Shown in pieces: positions 15,264-28,234 of a stretch of 64,000 nt of DNA. Source of the stretch: Octopus vulgaris (lineage: Eukaryota); contig OX597828.1 in assembly GCA_951406725.2 (NCBI GenBank), positions 37,448,001-37,512,000 on the forward strand. The letters run 5' to 3'. The position numbers and the translations under genes were made by a program. A model generated the notes under the pieces. It had not been told where the DNA came from. It worked only from the letters and a program-made list of their open reading frames with translations, and made no database searches. The number at the start of each line of letters is the position of its first letter. The first letter of the stretch is position 1.

Positions 15264-15312
15264 GCTTCTACAGGACTAGAACTGTTTCATTCAAAAGAAA
15301 TCATCAGGAAGC
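15264..15312 (-). ncRNA. Type I hammerhead ribozyme motif
   Basis: Minus strand: gcuuc CUGAUGA uuuc-uuuu-gaau GAAA CAG-uucuaguc-CUG UA gaagc. Stem I is 5 bp, stem III is A-U + 3 bp, the cleavage triplet is GUA, and there is a U.U mismatch at the base of stem II. Lies in a ~300-bp element (15247-15545) between (TA)n tracts. Confidence 0.75.
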
Positions 15313-15837
15313 AAGTCGACAAGAGTTGTTTTGGCATTTATACATTTAGGCAGGTTTAAATGGGTGGTGGTGAGGGACTTTTTTGGGGGTAGGCATGGCG
15401 CAAAACTGTCATTATTAGGGGAGTGGTCAAAGGAATCGGTGGTAAAGTAGATAAAAGAATAAATAAAAGAATAAAAGATAAAATAAAAATAAAATAAAAA
15501 AATAATAAAATTTTTTTTAGGTAAGTGGGGAGACTCTCACTTGTACATCTACATATATATATATATATATACATACACATATACACACCCGCCTATTCAC
15601 ATATATCTATACCTATACATACATACCCACATATACATACATCTATATACATACATACACATACACATACATATATATATATGTACATATATCTACACAT
15701 ACTCATGTACATACACACAGATACACAAACACATACACATACATACACATATGTATACCCACTCGCACTTCTATATAATAAATTAATTTTACTCTGCTAT
15801 GTATTTACTGTGGTTAACCCCAAATCAACCCGGGACC

Positions 15838-15887
<50 letters not shown>

Positions 15888-15890
15888 CAG

Positions 15891-15938
<48 letters not shown>

Positions 15939-15956
15939 TATGCATATATATATGCA

Positions 15957-15987
<31 letters not shown>

Positions 15988-16906
15988 GCATATATGTGTG
16001 CATATGTGTGTGTATATGTGCATACATATATTTATATACACATACACATACACACACACGCACACACACAAACACACATATATATATCCATGTATATGTG
16101 TATGTGTTTGTGTGTGCGTGAGTGCGTGCGCGCGTCTGTATGTATTCAGTCCGTAAATAGTTGATGTTAATAGATATCGTCGATGCCGCTTATTAAACGT
16201 TGTTTTCGATAATTAACAACAATATGGCGGAGTGAGTATAAGCGAACGTAACGTTGTTCTGCATACGAAATAGAATTAGTCTAGGAGTGTCACGTTTGTG
16301 ACATAATCACTTTGAAATTTTCGATTAACTGAGATTAGCAACAACAAATCTTCCTCTATCTTGTTTAAAATATATATAGAAAAAATAAAAATAAAAGCAA
16401 ACGTAAATGAGAGTGCTTGAATGAATTTATTTTATAAATTAAAATCTTGAATTTTGGAGAAATATAGAATGTGCGGTTTGCTACAGGATATGGCCTTAAA
16501 TTCATTCTTAATTAGTAAATGTAAACGACGTGTTTAGATAGTATTGAATTCCTCAGCAACAAACTTCATTTTAGTTTCGTAAATTATTCAGCAACTTGTA
16601 CACTATGCAAATATGTTAAATATGTAGGATTTTACTATAGCTTGTTAACGTGGTTCAATCAAAAATGCGGGTTTGGTTATATATATTCTATGGTTTCAAG
16701 TTGGTGTTTTATCAGATTCAGTAAGAAGTTGCAGCTTATCAACCTCTATTTATCGGTAGTTGAAGATTACCTATTAAGTTGCTTCCCTTTTAGGAACTCC
16801 TGTTGGGAATTACCGTAAAAACATCTTTACACTGAATTACACCGTTCCATACAAACGCATATGTATTCATACTTAAACACACACACACGCACACACACAC
16901 AAACAC

Positions 16907-16983
<77 letters not shown>

Positions 16984-16985
<2 letters not shown>

Positions 16986-17150
16986 AAACAAAATGGGACA
17001 AGAATGCAAAATATCCAGACAGTTAGGTGATACAAAAAGGGACAACAAAACATCCAGATAGACGATACAAAGAAAACAAGGACGGGTCATTCGAAGTTTT
17101 CTTTCCTCAGTCAAGTACCAGATTGTCTTCGCAATTTCAGTGCAATTTCA
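16984..17150. repeat. Dispersed (TA)n-associated element, homologous to 52660-52915
   Basis: Both loci share GGGACAAGAA..CAA..TATCCAGACAGTTAGGTGA...ATCCAGA.AGACGATACAA.GAAAACAAGGACGG.TCATTCG. Confidence 0.7.
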
Positions 17151-17477
17151 AAAAGAGAAACGAACACTTAGTCAAGCGGAAAATACTTTTCTTGCTGGAT
17201 TAAGTGTTTGTTTCTATTTTTGTCCTCTGCAATTTTAATTTTGGATCTTCTATATATACGAAGAATTATCTTCAGTCTGGCTGTTTTTCTCTCTACAAAA
17301 CGAAAAGTTGCATTATGGAACTGTCATATTAACGAGATTTTATATATATTTATCACCCACCGGATACTCCTGAACCAGTTTTTTGTGTGTCTCACAAGAG
17401 GAGTCGATGCTAAATGTGTCGAAACAATTGTGATTAATAATATATTCTCGTATATTCTATCTTCTGTCTTTCATTTG

Positions 17478-17565
<88 letters not shown>

Positions 17566-17606
17566 ATATACATATATATACATGTGTGTGTGTGTGTGTG
17601 TGTGAA

Positions 17607-17925
17607 GGCGCGTGGCTTAGTGGTTAGGGCATTCGGCTCACGATTGTAAGGTCGTTAGTTCGATTCCCGGAAATGCCTTGTGTCCTTGAGCAAGACACTT
17701 TATTTCACGTTGCTCCAGTCCACTCAGCTGGTAAAAATGAGTTATATTTATATTTCAAAGGGCCGGCCTTATCACACTCTGTGTCACGATGTATCTCCCT
17801 GAGAAGTATGTTAGGGGTACGCGTATCTGTGGATTGCTCAGACACTTGCACGTCAATTTCAGGGCAGGCTGTTCCGTTGATCGTATCAGCTGGGGCCCTC
17901 GTCGTCGTAACCTACGGAGTGCTCC
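17607..17925 (+). mobile_element. tRNA-derived SINE, head C + tail type 1
   Basis: A-box TGGCTTAGTGG, B-box GTTCGATTCCC, core GTGTCCTTGAGCAAGACACTT. Homologous to 21032-21355 and 59333-59648. Confidence 0.85.
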
Positions 17926-18813
17926 TTTTATATACATATATATATACATATATATAGGTATAGATAACAGGAAAATTGAAAGGTACTGCATGAGTGAAAA
18001 TATATAGGGAAGAGGATCTGAAAATGTAGACGCCTTTTAATGATGTTAATTGACTTTAATAATAAACATCTTTAAAAGACCTCCGTATTTTCAAATCCCC
18101 TTCCCTATATGTATATATATTATATACCGAGCTGCTGTACAGTGTCCAGCAATTAAATGTCACTCACAATACAAACATTGTTGTACCGGAATCTGTAGTA
18201 GAAAATACCCAAGAATCACCGAAGCTGGATCCACGTGGTTACAACGCAAATGTTGTTCCTGCTTCGATTTCTAAGCATTCCTAAGTGCAGTTTTGGATTT
18301 AGTATAATATTATTGATTTATTTTGTCGGTGTTCATTTTGGTCTATTTTGCTGCTTAACTGAATTTTCGGCTAAAATCCCCACTGTTCGGGTGTATTATA
18401 TACGACAGTTGTCTCATTGTTTGTCGCCTCCTGTTTTGTGTCAACACCATGGCAGTTATATCGTGTTGCAGACTGAATAAAATGTATATTCAAAGATATC
18501 GGCACCGAATTGAAGAGAAGTCAAGGGATCTGTATGTAAGCATTCCTTCACTTACTTATACCATATTTGCTATCGATCTTTTTCTGTCCTTCTCCCTATA
18601 TTTGGTTCTTCATGTTGTTCTAATTGTTGATGTTATCCGCTAAACACAACTGAGGCAGTATTAAATTAAGCAGTCATCTAAGTAGTTATACATAAATTCA
18701 AATTACGATGAACGTAAACAAACAAACGAAGTTTGCTTTAGAAGAGTTGAGATGTCTTAGAAAAGTTAAAGAAGTGATTTTAAATTCTCAAACGCAGGAT
18801 ATTGCTAATAATG

Positions 18814-19030
18814 TAGCCTGAACAGGATAAGCCACCCCTATTTTGCGGAATAAAAAGTGTTGGCGGCTGGCTGTGAGACTCGAACTCACACCTCCGTGAT
18901 TACGCGTCGCTTTGCTCTAATAGTTCAAAGTACCGCGACGTGCAATCACGGAGGTGTGAGTTCGAGTCTCATAGCCGGCCGCCAACACTTTTTTTCTGCA
19001 AAATAGGGGTAGCTTATCCTGTTGAGGCTA
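18814..19030. repeat. ~97-bp-arm inverted repeat built from two divergent tRNA-like units
   Basis: Arms 18814-18910 and 18935-19030 with a 24-nt loop. Each arm reads outward ...CACGGAGGTGTGAGTTCGAGTCTCA.AGCC.GCCGCCA-ACAC-TTTTT (B box, CCA-like end, oligo-T). Confidence 0.85.
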
Positions 19031-20780
19031 TTTATACATAATTTATGTACAATGCTCTTGGCCCAATTTGTTCGGTATTTGCCCTGAGTTAATATCTCTC
19101 AAGGATGCTAACGTCCATAAAAGATTTTATCAAAGGACAAATACTGCAGCAGTGTATGTTTATTACGTATCATTCATAGATGACCATATTGATTTTATTG
19201 CTGTTGTTGTTTAAGCTAACAGCAAACCCGATCGCCAAAGACTTTCTGTGACCGTTTCATCTTTATATGTATATGTATAGCGGTTCGAGGATTGTATTAT
19301 CCAATGTGTTCTTTTAGTTTTCAGAGCTGTTAGATGTGATTTAAAAGAGATTTGACTGTTGTATAATTACTTTTCTTAGAGGTATTGATAAGAGTCTATA
19401 GTTAAGATTTCCCGATAAGCTTAGAGTCGACGATCTAGATAGATAAACCTATGAATAACTTCTGCCTAAATTAAGATTTTTATGTTGTAATTGTAGTTTA
19501 ACTCACAAATCAACGCTGATCGAGAGTTATCTTAGTTTTAGGTAAACGCTTAGAGATAAGCTTTTATAATTTCATGAGATAGATGTTTTCAAAAGGCCAT
19601 CTCGTGCCACCTAGAAATTTATGACACGTCACTCCTGATATTTGTGACATAGGTTCGCCATCACTGTGAAACAGGTATAAGATTTATTACACCGCTTTCA
19701 GTTTTTATTTTACAATTATATCAATCACATATCTTGTAAATGTTCACAATTCAATTTCTTCTGCAATTAGATCGGGCTTACACTTACATATATTCATGTT
19801 TTTGTCGGTCTACACAGATTCGTTTCCGTTTCTTAAGCTCACCGTTCCTGTAAGTATACTGCTGTTTACTAACGTTATCGGGTTATGTGTTTCGTTGATT
19901 TCACGCTAGGTCTATCTTCGTGATTTATCTTTTCAATGATGTTTATAGTTTTAATGTTTCTATTTTTGTGGTGTGTATTTTGGAGCTTAGCTGCTTCTTT
20001 GTTCATTGCCTTATCTTTATAAGTTCTGTATTTCAAGTATTCTATTTCTAGATGTGATACGTTATCGATTTTAAGTATGTATCACCTTGAACTAGATCAT
20101 CTATTGAGAATCAAAGGTCACTTCAAGATCAGAGTCATTGTCTGTCCAAAGATCATACCCAAACTATATTGATAGTTCATTCAACTGAGAATTTACCTTT
20201 GGTGCGTGCGTTAAAGAAGAAATTAATATTTCATAATTCGTCTACATTTTTATTTCTATATACATATCTATTTTCCGTATGGAACCGTGTAGATGGCCAG
20301 ATGTCTATCCCTGTTGGAATTATAACTGTGTATCTGGGTTCGAAGCACGGATTGGCATATTTGTTAGTGTTTTGGATAGAATGAATACCTCGTGGTGTTG
20401 TTGCGAGTCTCCGTGGGCTGAGTTCAAATTCTGACGAGGTCAACTTTGTTTTTACACGTACCAGTCCAAGCTAATGAATTGTCAAAATTCTTAGACTATT
20501 AGAGTTGGTGGCTTGCCGTATCTGATTTGGTTCTTCTGTTCAAAACGATGACAGCTTTAGATATAACCTTATCAGAAAATTTGAATAACAATCGATAGTT
20601 TCCTTTGTTCGATGGAAGGATCGAGTAGAACTATATGTGCACACATTCACCAGAAAGGTGTTCACGATAGAGTCCTTTCCTATACATGTTGGGTCTTTGT
20701 GCATGTATAAATACTTATTTACGTGCTGTGTGTGTTTGTGAATTTGTATATGCGCGCATAGATAGATAAATAGATAGATT

Positions 20781-20844
<64 letters not shown>

Positions 20845-21031
20845 CATAGATAGATACAGATGAATATGGTACTTAAGCTGAGGCACCAGAATTTAGTACA
20901 GTATTATCCATTCAATTTCAAAGTAAGGTGATAAAAATCAATATAAGCAACAAGGATATGCAGAGGTAATGAAACGATCGTACTGCATTACCTCTGGATA
21001 TTCATTTTGCTTATTTTGATTATATATATAA

Positions 21032-21355
21032 AGGAACGCGTGGCTTAGTGGTTAGGGTATTCGGCTCATGATCGTAAGCTTGTGAGTTCAATTCCCGGCG
21101 ACGCGTTGTTTCCTTGAGCAAGACAATTAATTTCACGTTACTTCAGTCCACTCAGCCGACAAAAATGAGTAGTACTTATGTTTCAAAGGGCCAGCTTCAT
21201 CACACTCTGTGTCGTACTGAATCTCCCTCAGAACTACGTTAAAGGTACATGCGTCTGTGCAGTGCTCAGCCATTTGCACGTTAATTTCACTATCAAGCTG
21301 TTCCGTTGATCGTATCAGCTGGGACCCTCGTCGTCGTAACCGACGAAGTGCTCCC
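21032..21355 (+). mobile_element. tRNA-derived SINE, head C + tail type 1
   Basis: Homologous to 17607-17925. Confidence 0.85.
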
Positions 21356-21376
21356 ACCTAACTATATATATATATA

Positions 21377-21675
21377 CATTGATGCTTCGCTATACGAGTT
21401 AATTTATTCCCGGAGACCGTCTTAGAGCGGAAACTCCGTAACGCAGGTCAATTATTTCCCATAGTAGCAATGAAATTTTATGCCATCATTTTATTCCGTC
21501 GGTGTGTGTAGACGCGTCAGAACCAGTGTTGCCAGATGTGGTAACGTTGCCACACACACACGCACACACAACCACAAAAAAATGGTTGTTTAACCTTTTA
21601 GATTTATTATAAAATAAAAAAAACCTGAAACCCGGAGTCTCCTAAAGTGAGTCCTCGTAAAGTAAGATATCACTG
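21377..21675. mobile_element. Old pogo/Tigger-like MITE
   Basis: Left TA|CATTGATGCTTCGCTATACGAG versus reverse complement of the right end TA|CAGTGATATCTTACTTTACGAG (15/22 identical). TA on both flanks. Confidence 0.45.
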
Positions 21676-21912
21676 TATATATACATACATATATAATATA
21701 AATAATATATATGAATATATACATATATATATGCATATGTGCATATAGTCATGCATATATGTGTACAGGACTTCACAAAACGTAAACAACATGGAATGCA
21801 AAAATAACGTTGGGTATGCAAAGAACAAGAGAAACGAATGGAAAACAAGACAAGGAACATAAAAACGACCCTTCATTAGTTGTCGGCTGTCATTCTACTC
21901 CTTATTTAGAGC

Positions 21913-22778
<866 letters not shown>

Positions 22779-22780
<2 letters not shown>

Positions 22781-22970
22781 GGGAGAGTTAACGAAAAAAA
22801 ACAAAAGAAGAAGACAGGTGGTGTACAAAACAAACAGATGTATTAGTATAACGCTCAGGAATAGAAAAGTCTTTTACGTTTCGAGCCTACGCTATTCTAC
22901 AGAAAAGGACACAGAAAAAACAAGGAGGGAAAAAATGTGTGTAGTGGCTAACGATCTATTATGGCGACTC
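22779..22970 (-). mobile_element. ~190-bp (TA)n-inserted element with a minimal hammerhead-like motif (22870-22907)
   Basis: Minus strand CUGUAGA A uAGC-GUAG-GCUC GAAA CG UA aaaga. Homologous to 49235-49435, 57085-57250 and 63620-63808. Confidence 0.75.
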
Positions 22971-23022
<52 letters not shown>

Positions 23023-23449
23023 TAGTGTCCGACAGAAAGAGAGAGAAAAGAGAGAGAGAGAGAGGGAGAGAGAGATGGATAGTTAAACTCGTACATTACG
23101 GAGGAAAAAGAAATGATCACACACGCACACACACAGAAGATAGCCTGAAGGTTGTACTTAATGGGCAGGTTGTATGCCACTTAAACAAAGGGGCCCATTT
23201 TCTATTTAATATTAAAGTAAAGACACCCATGGAGACACACACTTGCACCTACACGCATGCATGCAGTCATCCATTCATCCATCCATCCATCCATCCATCC
23301 ATCATGCATATATTTGATTTGAAGTGATATTCATATAATAACATGCATGGCGGAGGAAGACAAGCGATAGAGAGAGAGAAAGAGACAGACAGAAAGAGAA
23401 AGGAGGAGATTGTGGGAGGAAGAAATGAAGAATGAAAGAGAGCGAGAGA

Positions 23450-23510
<61 letters not shown>

Positions 23511-24516
23511 TAATACAGAATGAGAAAAGAACTATGAGAGTATTTTGCGGAGATTTCTGATTGTCTTCCAATCCGGGTTGAACACAAAAGCCATCACAAA
23601 GGCTTTCACTGCAACGTAATTCGTCCTGAAGTTGGAGTATTTTGATAAGATTCTGTCGATGTTCTTAGTGGACATCATTTAATGTGATTAGCCGCGATAA
23701 ACTTGTGTTGGGACACACAATCTCTGGAGATTTTCCTCTTCTATTATGTTGCGTTGGTAACATAGTTAAATGCGTTCGCTGTAATGAACGAACGGTCAAT
23801 AGCCTTCCTGTTATAAAATATGGATTTATGCTTCTGTCAAACATCTAAAATACATCTCTTTTCCTTATTGGTTTTTTTCCTTTCTTAATCCATAATACGC
23901 CGTTCTTCTCTCTGGTTCTTTATCGTTTTCCACGTCTCTCAATTTCCTACTCCCCACACGTGTCTCTCTTTCTCTTTCTCTCTCTTTCTCTTAAACCCTG
24001 TTTCTCTCATTTCTGTCTCTTTACATTTATATTTGCCGAGACAGACGTATACACGCAGAGAAAATAGTACAATTCATACATAATTTTGTGCCTGCCTCTC
24101 TGTGTGTGTTATAGGAAGCTGAAGCTTCTTGAACCGTTACCTTTAGTTTCACGTTGCCGATTATTTAAACGATTGTAGGCAAAAGTAACTAATCATTTAT
24201 GAGAAACTATTCCTGAAAACATGGTTAATCATGCAAATTAAGGAAGTACATAGGATACTGCAACTTTTAAAAACATGGATTCTAGCAACATAAGCATACA
24301 TCGCATTTTCAAAATGTCGCATCACCACTTCCCTCTCCAGATATAAAAGAAGCAAAAATCGTTTCGTCCTTTATAGAACACGCATTCATTTGCATGAATT
24401 ACTCCAGGAGATCGGGTTATTATATCACAGATAATTAGATTATCTCATTACTAGCTTAACACCAATTTTTAATGCCTACTAACTTTTCACTCATCCGGTA
24501 TACATACATACATACA

Positions 24517-24662
<146 letters not shown>

Positions 24663-24668
24663 TGTATG

Positions 24669-24791
<123 letters not shown>

Positions 24792-24940
24792 AATATAAGA
24801 GAGTGGTCACTATATGGCTCACTCTAGCACCAGTTAATCCAAAAGGTTTCAACCACAAAAATACATATTTCCCATGAAAGTCAGTACGATTGTTAGCTCA
24901 CACGGACAGGGCAAATAAAAAATAACAAAAATACAGATTA

Positions 24941-25022
24941 TTTTGGGACAATTGTTTCGCTATTAATGAATTAAATGTAATTTTACTTACAAAAAAATCC
25001 ACTTGTAGCTCGTCAGCCAAAA
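24941..25022 (-). ncRNA. Type I hammerhead ribozyme motif (canonical core)
   Basis: Minus strand: uuuugg CUGACGA gcua...uagc GAAA CAAUUG UC ccaaaa. Stem I is 6 bp, stem II is 4 bp with a long loop, stem III is the palindrome ACAAUUGU, and the cleavage site is GUC. Within a ~410-bp element (24787-25200) between (TA)n tracts. Confidence 0.85.
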
Positions 25023-25202
25023 CTATCTGGATGAAATCCACTCAATCACACGCCAGATTTTACCATAACGATAAATACGCGTGTGGTTCAATTGATTACA
25101 TCCGACGTTATAATTCAAATGCCCCAACTAACATCGCGCCAAACTTTCACGGAAAACAAATACAGCATTTAGAAATAAATGCAGCATAATTATAATTATA
25201 CA

Positions 25203-25371
<169 letters not shown>

Positions 25372-25485
25372 ATATTTCGGAATGGTCATATTGCCAGTTT
25401 AGCCAATAAAAACACACGCACTATATATTTGGTGTTATTTTGCTTCAGTGATATTTATTTTTTACATTAATCTTAATCTTATTTC

Positions 25486-25530
25486 GGCCAAAGTTCTTTC
25501 GTCACACTCCTGTGACCGCATCAGTGGTCC
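25486..25530 (-). ncRNA. Variant hammerhead-like motif in the PLE 3' region (left arm)
   Basis: Exact reverse complement of 30155-30199. Confidence 0.5.
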
Positions 25531-26055
25531 TTTGTTTTCTTCTCACTTACTTGTGTCTCTCCTTACTAACCGTCAGCCATTTTGTATTTCTATTGTATGT
25601 CTTCATTTGCGCATGCTTATATCTCTATGTGCGTCTATGTTTATTTAGTGTGTGTGGGGGGGGATGCCTGTAATATTTGTATCTTCTGGTTATATACATT
25701 CTTGTAATTTGTATTTTGTTTTTGTTGTTGTTGCTTTTGTTCTAATTTTATTCATGTGTTTACATCCACCCATTATTATCATTACATATGCTTGTATGTA
25801 TGTATAACAACAATATTAGTAATAATAATAATAAATCTAATCGAAAAAAAAAAAAAAAAAAAGAATATACATATACATATATATATATATACATACACAT
25901 ACATATACATATATATATATATACATATATACATATATACACACACATATACACATATACATATACATATATATACACATATACATATATATAGATATTC
26001 ATTTTTATTTCTTTAATTACCTGTGTATTTATTATGTTTGCAGGATCCACTATTG

Positions 26056-26589
26056 TCATATGTTGTGGTGTGCGCTATTGCTCCATTCTAGTTTTCTATT
26101 CAGGCTAGGTTTATTTTCTATTATATGTGTAGCTTCTGTAATTTGTCTAATTGTTGCATCTGTTCTATGTGTGGACAATATCTTAATCTCTATGTTATTG
26201 ATTGATCCCCCGTGTTCTTGTTCGGCGTGTTGGTACAGAATCGATGAGCTTTTACCTTCCTTGAGTTGTCTCCAATGTTCATTCACCCGCTCACCAATGC
26301 TTCTTGCAGTTTCCCCTACGTATGTTACTGTCTTGTTACTGCATCGTCCCTCTATACATCTTATACTATAGACCACATTTCTGGCTTTACAGTTCGTTTG
26401 TGGGCTAAATCTACATACAGTGCAATAGTTATCCGTACAGAGAGTTCTACTAAAAGGATAGGTTCTACCAATTATAGATCTGATAGGGTTGCCTGGCTTT
26501 TCAACAACCTTAATTCTTAGTTTAAGTTTATCTAGGGTCCTTCTAAAGCGGTACGCTAGTTCACCTCCAGGGGTGGTGTCAACGAACAT
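26056..26589 (-). CDS. PLE GIY-YIG endonuclease domain (C-terminal part of the same ORF as the RT)
   Basis: C..C...[11 protein letters not shown]...C...[16 protein letters not shown]...H...H...RQITEA...LN. The frame runs upstream through IRKANSWYDSHKYQSV to the poly(A) tract. Confidence 0.88.
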   Translation of the reverse strand: MFVDTTPGGELAYRFRRTLDKLKLRIKVVEKPGNPIRSIIGRTYPFSRTLCTDNYCTVCRFSPQTNCKARNVVYSIRCIEGRCSNKTVTYVGETARSIGERVNEHWRQLKEGKSSSILYQHAEQEHGGSINNIEIKILSTHRTDATIRQITEATHIIENKPSLNRKLEWSNSAHHNI

Positions 26590-26611
26590 GACACTCTGGT
26601 ATTTATGGCTA

Positions 26612-28126
26612 TCATACCAAGAGTTGGCCTTCCTTATTTTCTTTTTTTTTTTTTTTTTTTTCTATAGTGTTCCATGACTTGTTCCTATAGAGTGGGCAAA
26701 TCCCATTCCTATCATTACATAATATATTATCAAATTTCTTCATGGCTCCTTTGTATACTCTGATCCTTTCTTTATGGCTGTAACCTGAGAACTGCATGCG
26801 GTGAATGAAATACTGTATGTGTCTCTTTAATTCTGTAGGCTCGCACATGCGTGACACATTTCTCATTATTCTGACGAGGTCTGCCATCAAAATATTGAAT
26901 TTGGCATTGCCCGCAATGGCTGAGTTCCGGTGGATCAGGTATTTTGAGGCCATAGGTTTTGCATAGTATGAATGAAGGATTTGGGTTTTATTTTTCACAA
27001 TTTCTAGCCAGAGTTCAGTGTCTAGTACTGGTAGTCTATGGTTGGGGTGTTTAGTGGGGTAGTCTATTGTGACCTTAATACTCTGGTGGATGGAGTTAGC
27101 TATTTGCTGGATGCTCTCCATAGTATTAGTTTCTATTACTATATCAACAGTACTTTCTTGTGGGGGTGCCTTTACTACTATATTGATATCATCAACATAG
27201 CGAGAGTACATGTTTACTAGTATGGATTTCTGCAGTAGGCATTCTTTAAGCCTTCTGTCCCACCATACCATGAAGAGGTTGGCCACATCACCAGCGATAC
27301 TAACACCGATGGCTGCCCCCTCGTCCTGGGCATATATTTTATTATTAAATTTAAATGTGTGGCCTTTTAGGGTAACTCTTATACTAGCTCCTAGTGCATG
27401 TGCGATCATTTTCTTTACCTGATGGACATTTGCGGGGCTCCGTATGGCTCTGGTCCATCCGCGCCATCTTTCTATATGTGTCTTCCTAGCCATAGAAGTA
27501 ATTGTAGGCGGTCTACCTCTTAAACATCTACTGGGGCAGAAACTACTAAGATTATGTTTATCTAAGTATTCACTATTATATGTCAGTCTAAGTAGGAGGC
27601 CCAGTTCTTCTGTGTCGACATTACAGAACTCCACCTGGCTCTCGTTGATCATCTCCACGCACTTCTCCACTGCAAAATCTACGTCAATCGATGGGTATAG
27701 GGATACCACATCCATGCTACCTACTATACATCCTGTCAAGTCACAAGTTTTGTTACAGTCACTGATCCTGCTTAGGAGATCTTCTGTGCTGTCACATACA
27801 TCAGGTGACATCCTGATTATAGGGCGTATGATCATTGAGAGGAAGTAGGAGATTCTGTAATTGCTAGCGATATTCGCTCCACAGACTGGTCTTGTTGGTG
27901 GTCCTGCTATAGGGTCAGTAAAACCTTTATGGTCCTTGCGAAGTCCATACAGTGCCGGGATATCATTGTTCCAGGCTTGGAAATTCTTTGCAGTACGTTT
28001 CTGAGGTCCCAGAACAATTGTCCACATCATCATGTGGGCATTGAGGACCTTTTCTCTCTCCTCATGCGCCTGTACAGTTGTTACTTTTGTATTGGCGATA
28101 TGAGGTTGCATTGCCTGGATGTAGGA
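26612..28126 (-). CDS. PLE reverse transcriptase (5'-truncated)
   Basis: LYGLRKDHK, RPVCGA, SMDVVSLYPSI, QDEGAAIG, RYVDD, LPVLD and YAKPMAS motifs. Separated from the EN frame only by a frameshift in an A20 run. The first ~16 aa of the listed ORF (28127-28174) are antisense of an inverted segment. Confidence 0.9.
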   Translation of the reverse strand, partial: SYIQAMQPHIANTKVTTVQAHEEREKVLNAHMMMWTIVLGPQKRTAKNFQAWNNDIPALYGLRKDHKGFTDPIAGPPTRPVCGANIASNYRISYFLSMIIRPIIRMSPDVCDSTEDLLSRISDCNKTCDLTGCIVGSMDVVSLYPSIDVDFAVEKCVEMINESQVEFCNVDTEELGLLLRLTYNSEYLDKHNLSSFCPSRCLRGRPPTITSMARKTHIERWRGWTRAIRSPANVHQVKKMIAHALGASIRVTLKGHTFKFNNKIYAQDEGAAIGVSIAGDVANLFMVWWDRRLKECLLQKSILVNMYSRYVDDINIVVKAPPQESTVDIVIETNTMESIQQIANSIHQSIKVTIDYPTKHPNHRLPVLDTELWLEIVKNKTQILHSYYAKPMASKYLIHRNSAIAGNAKFNILMADLVRIMRNVSRMCEPTELKRHIQYFIHRMQFSGYSHKERIRVYKGAMKKFDNILCNDRNGICPLYRNKSWNTIEKKKKKKENKEGQLLV

Positions 28127-28188
28127 ACGGAGAGGTGATATGCCTTCCCACGGATAAGTCCGGCAGGATGTCAATAGACAGCTTACCG
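28126..28188 (+). pseudogene. Inverted 63-bp RT segment NGEVICLPTDKSGRMSIDSLP (PLE DKG-type motif)
   Basis: Joining it to the minus-strand SYIQAM gives DKSGRMSIDSLPSY, the DK-x11-Y spacing of PLE ADKG....DY motifs. Confidence 0.8.
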
Positions 28189-28234
28189 AAGAGCCATACG
28201 GAGCTTACCGAAGACAGCTTACCGAAGACAGCTT

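Noticed and set aside
17389-17435. GAAACAATTGTG after a weak hairpin, like the hammerhead at 24941
   Set aside because: No CUGANGA (AAGAGGA instead) and G at the cleavage position; at best a dead relic.
18935-18985. Possible genuine tRNA gene
   Set aside because: Acceptor 5' strand and D-arm are missing; tRNA-derived repeat only.
19500-20170. T-rich stretch suggesting an antisense LINE remnant
   Set aside because: Only an isolated IVNIY-like word amid many stops; cannot be assigned.
23520-23830. Complex unique sequence with short minus-strand ORFs, possible host exon
   Set aside because: ORFs under 50 aa, no recognisable motif or convincing splice sites.
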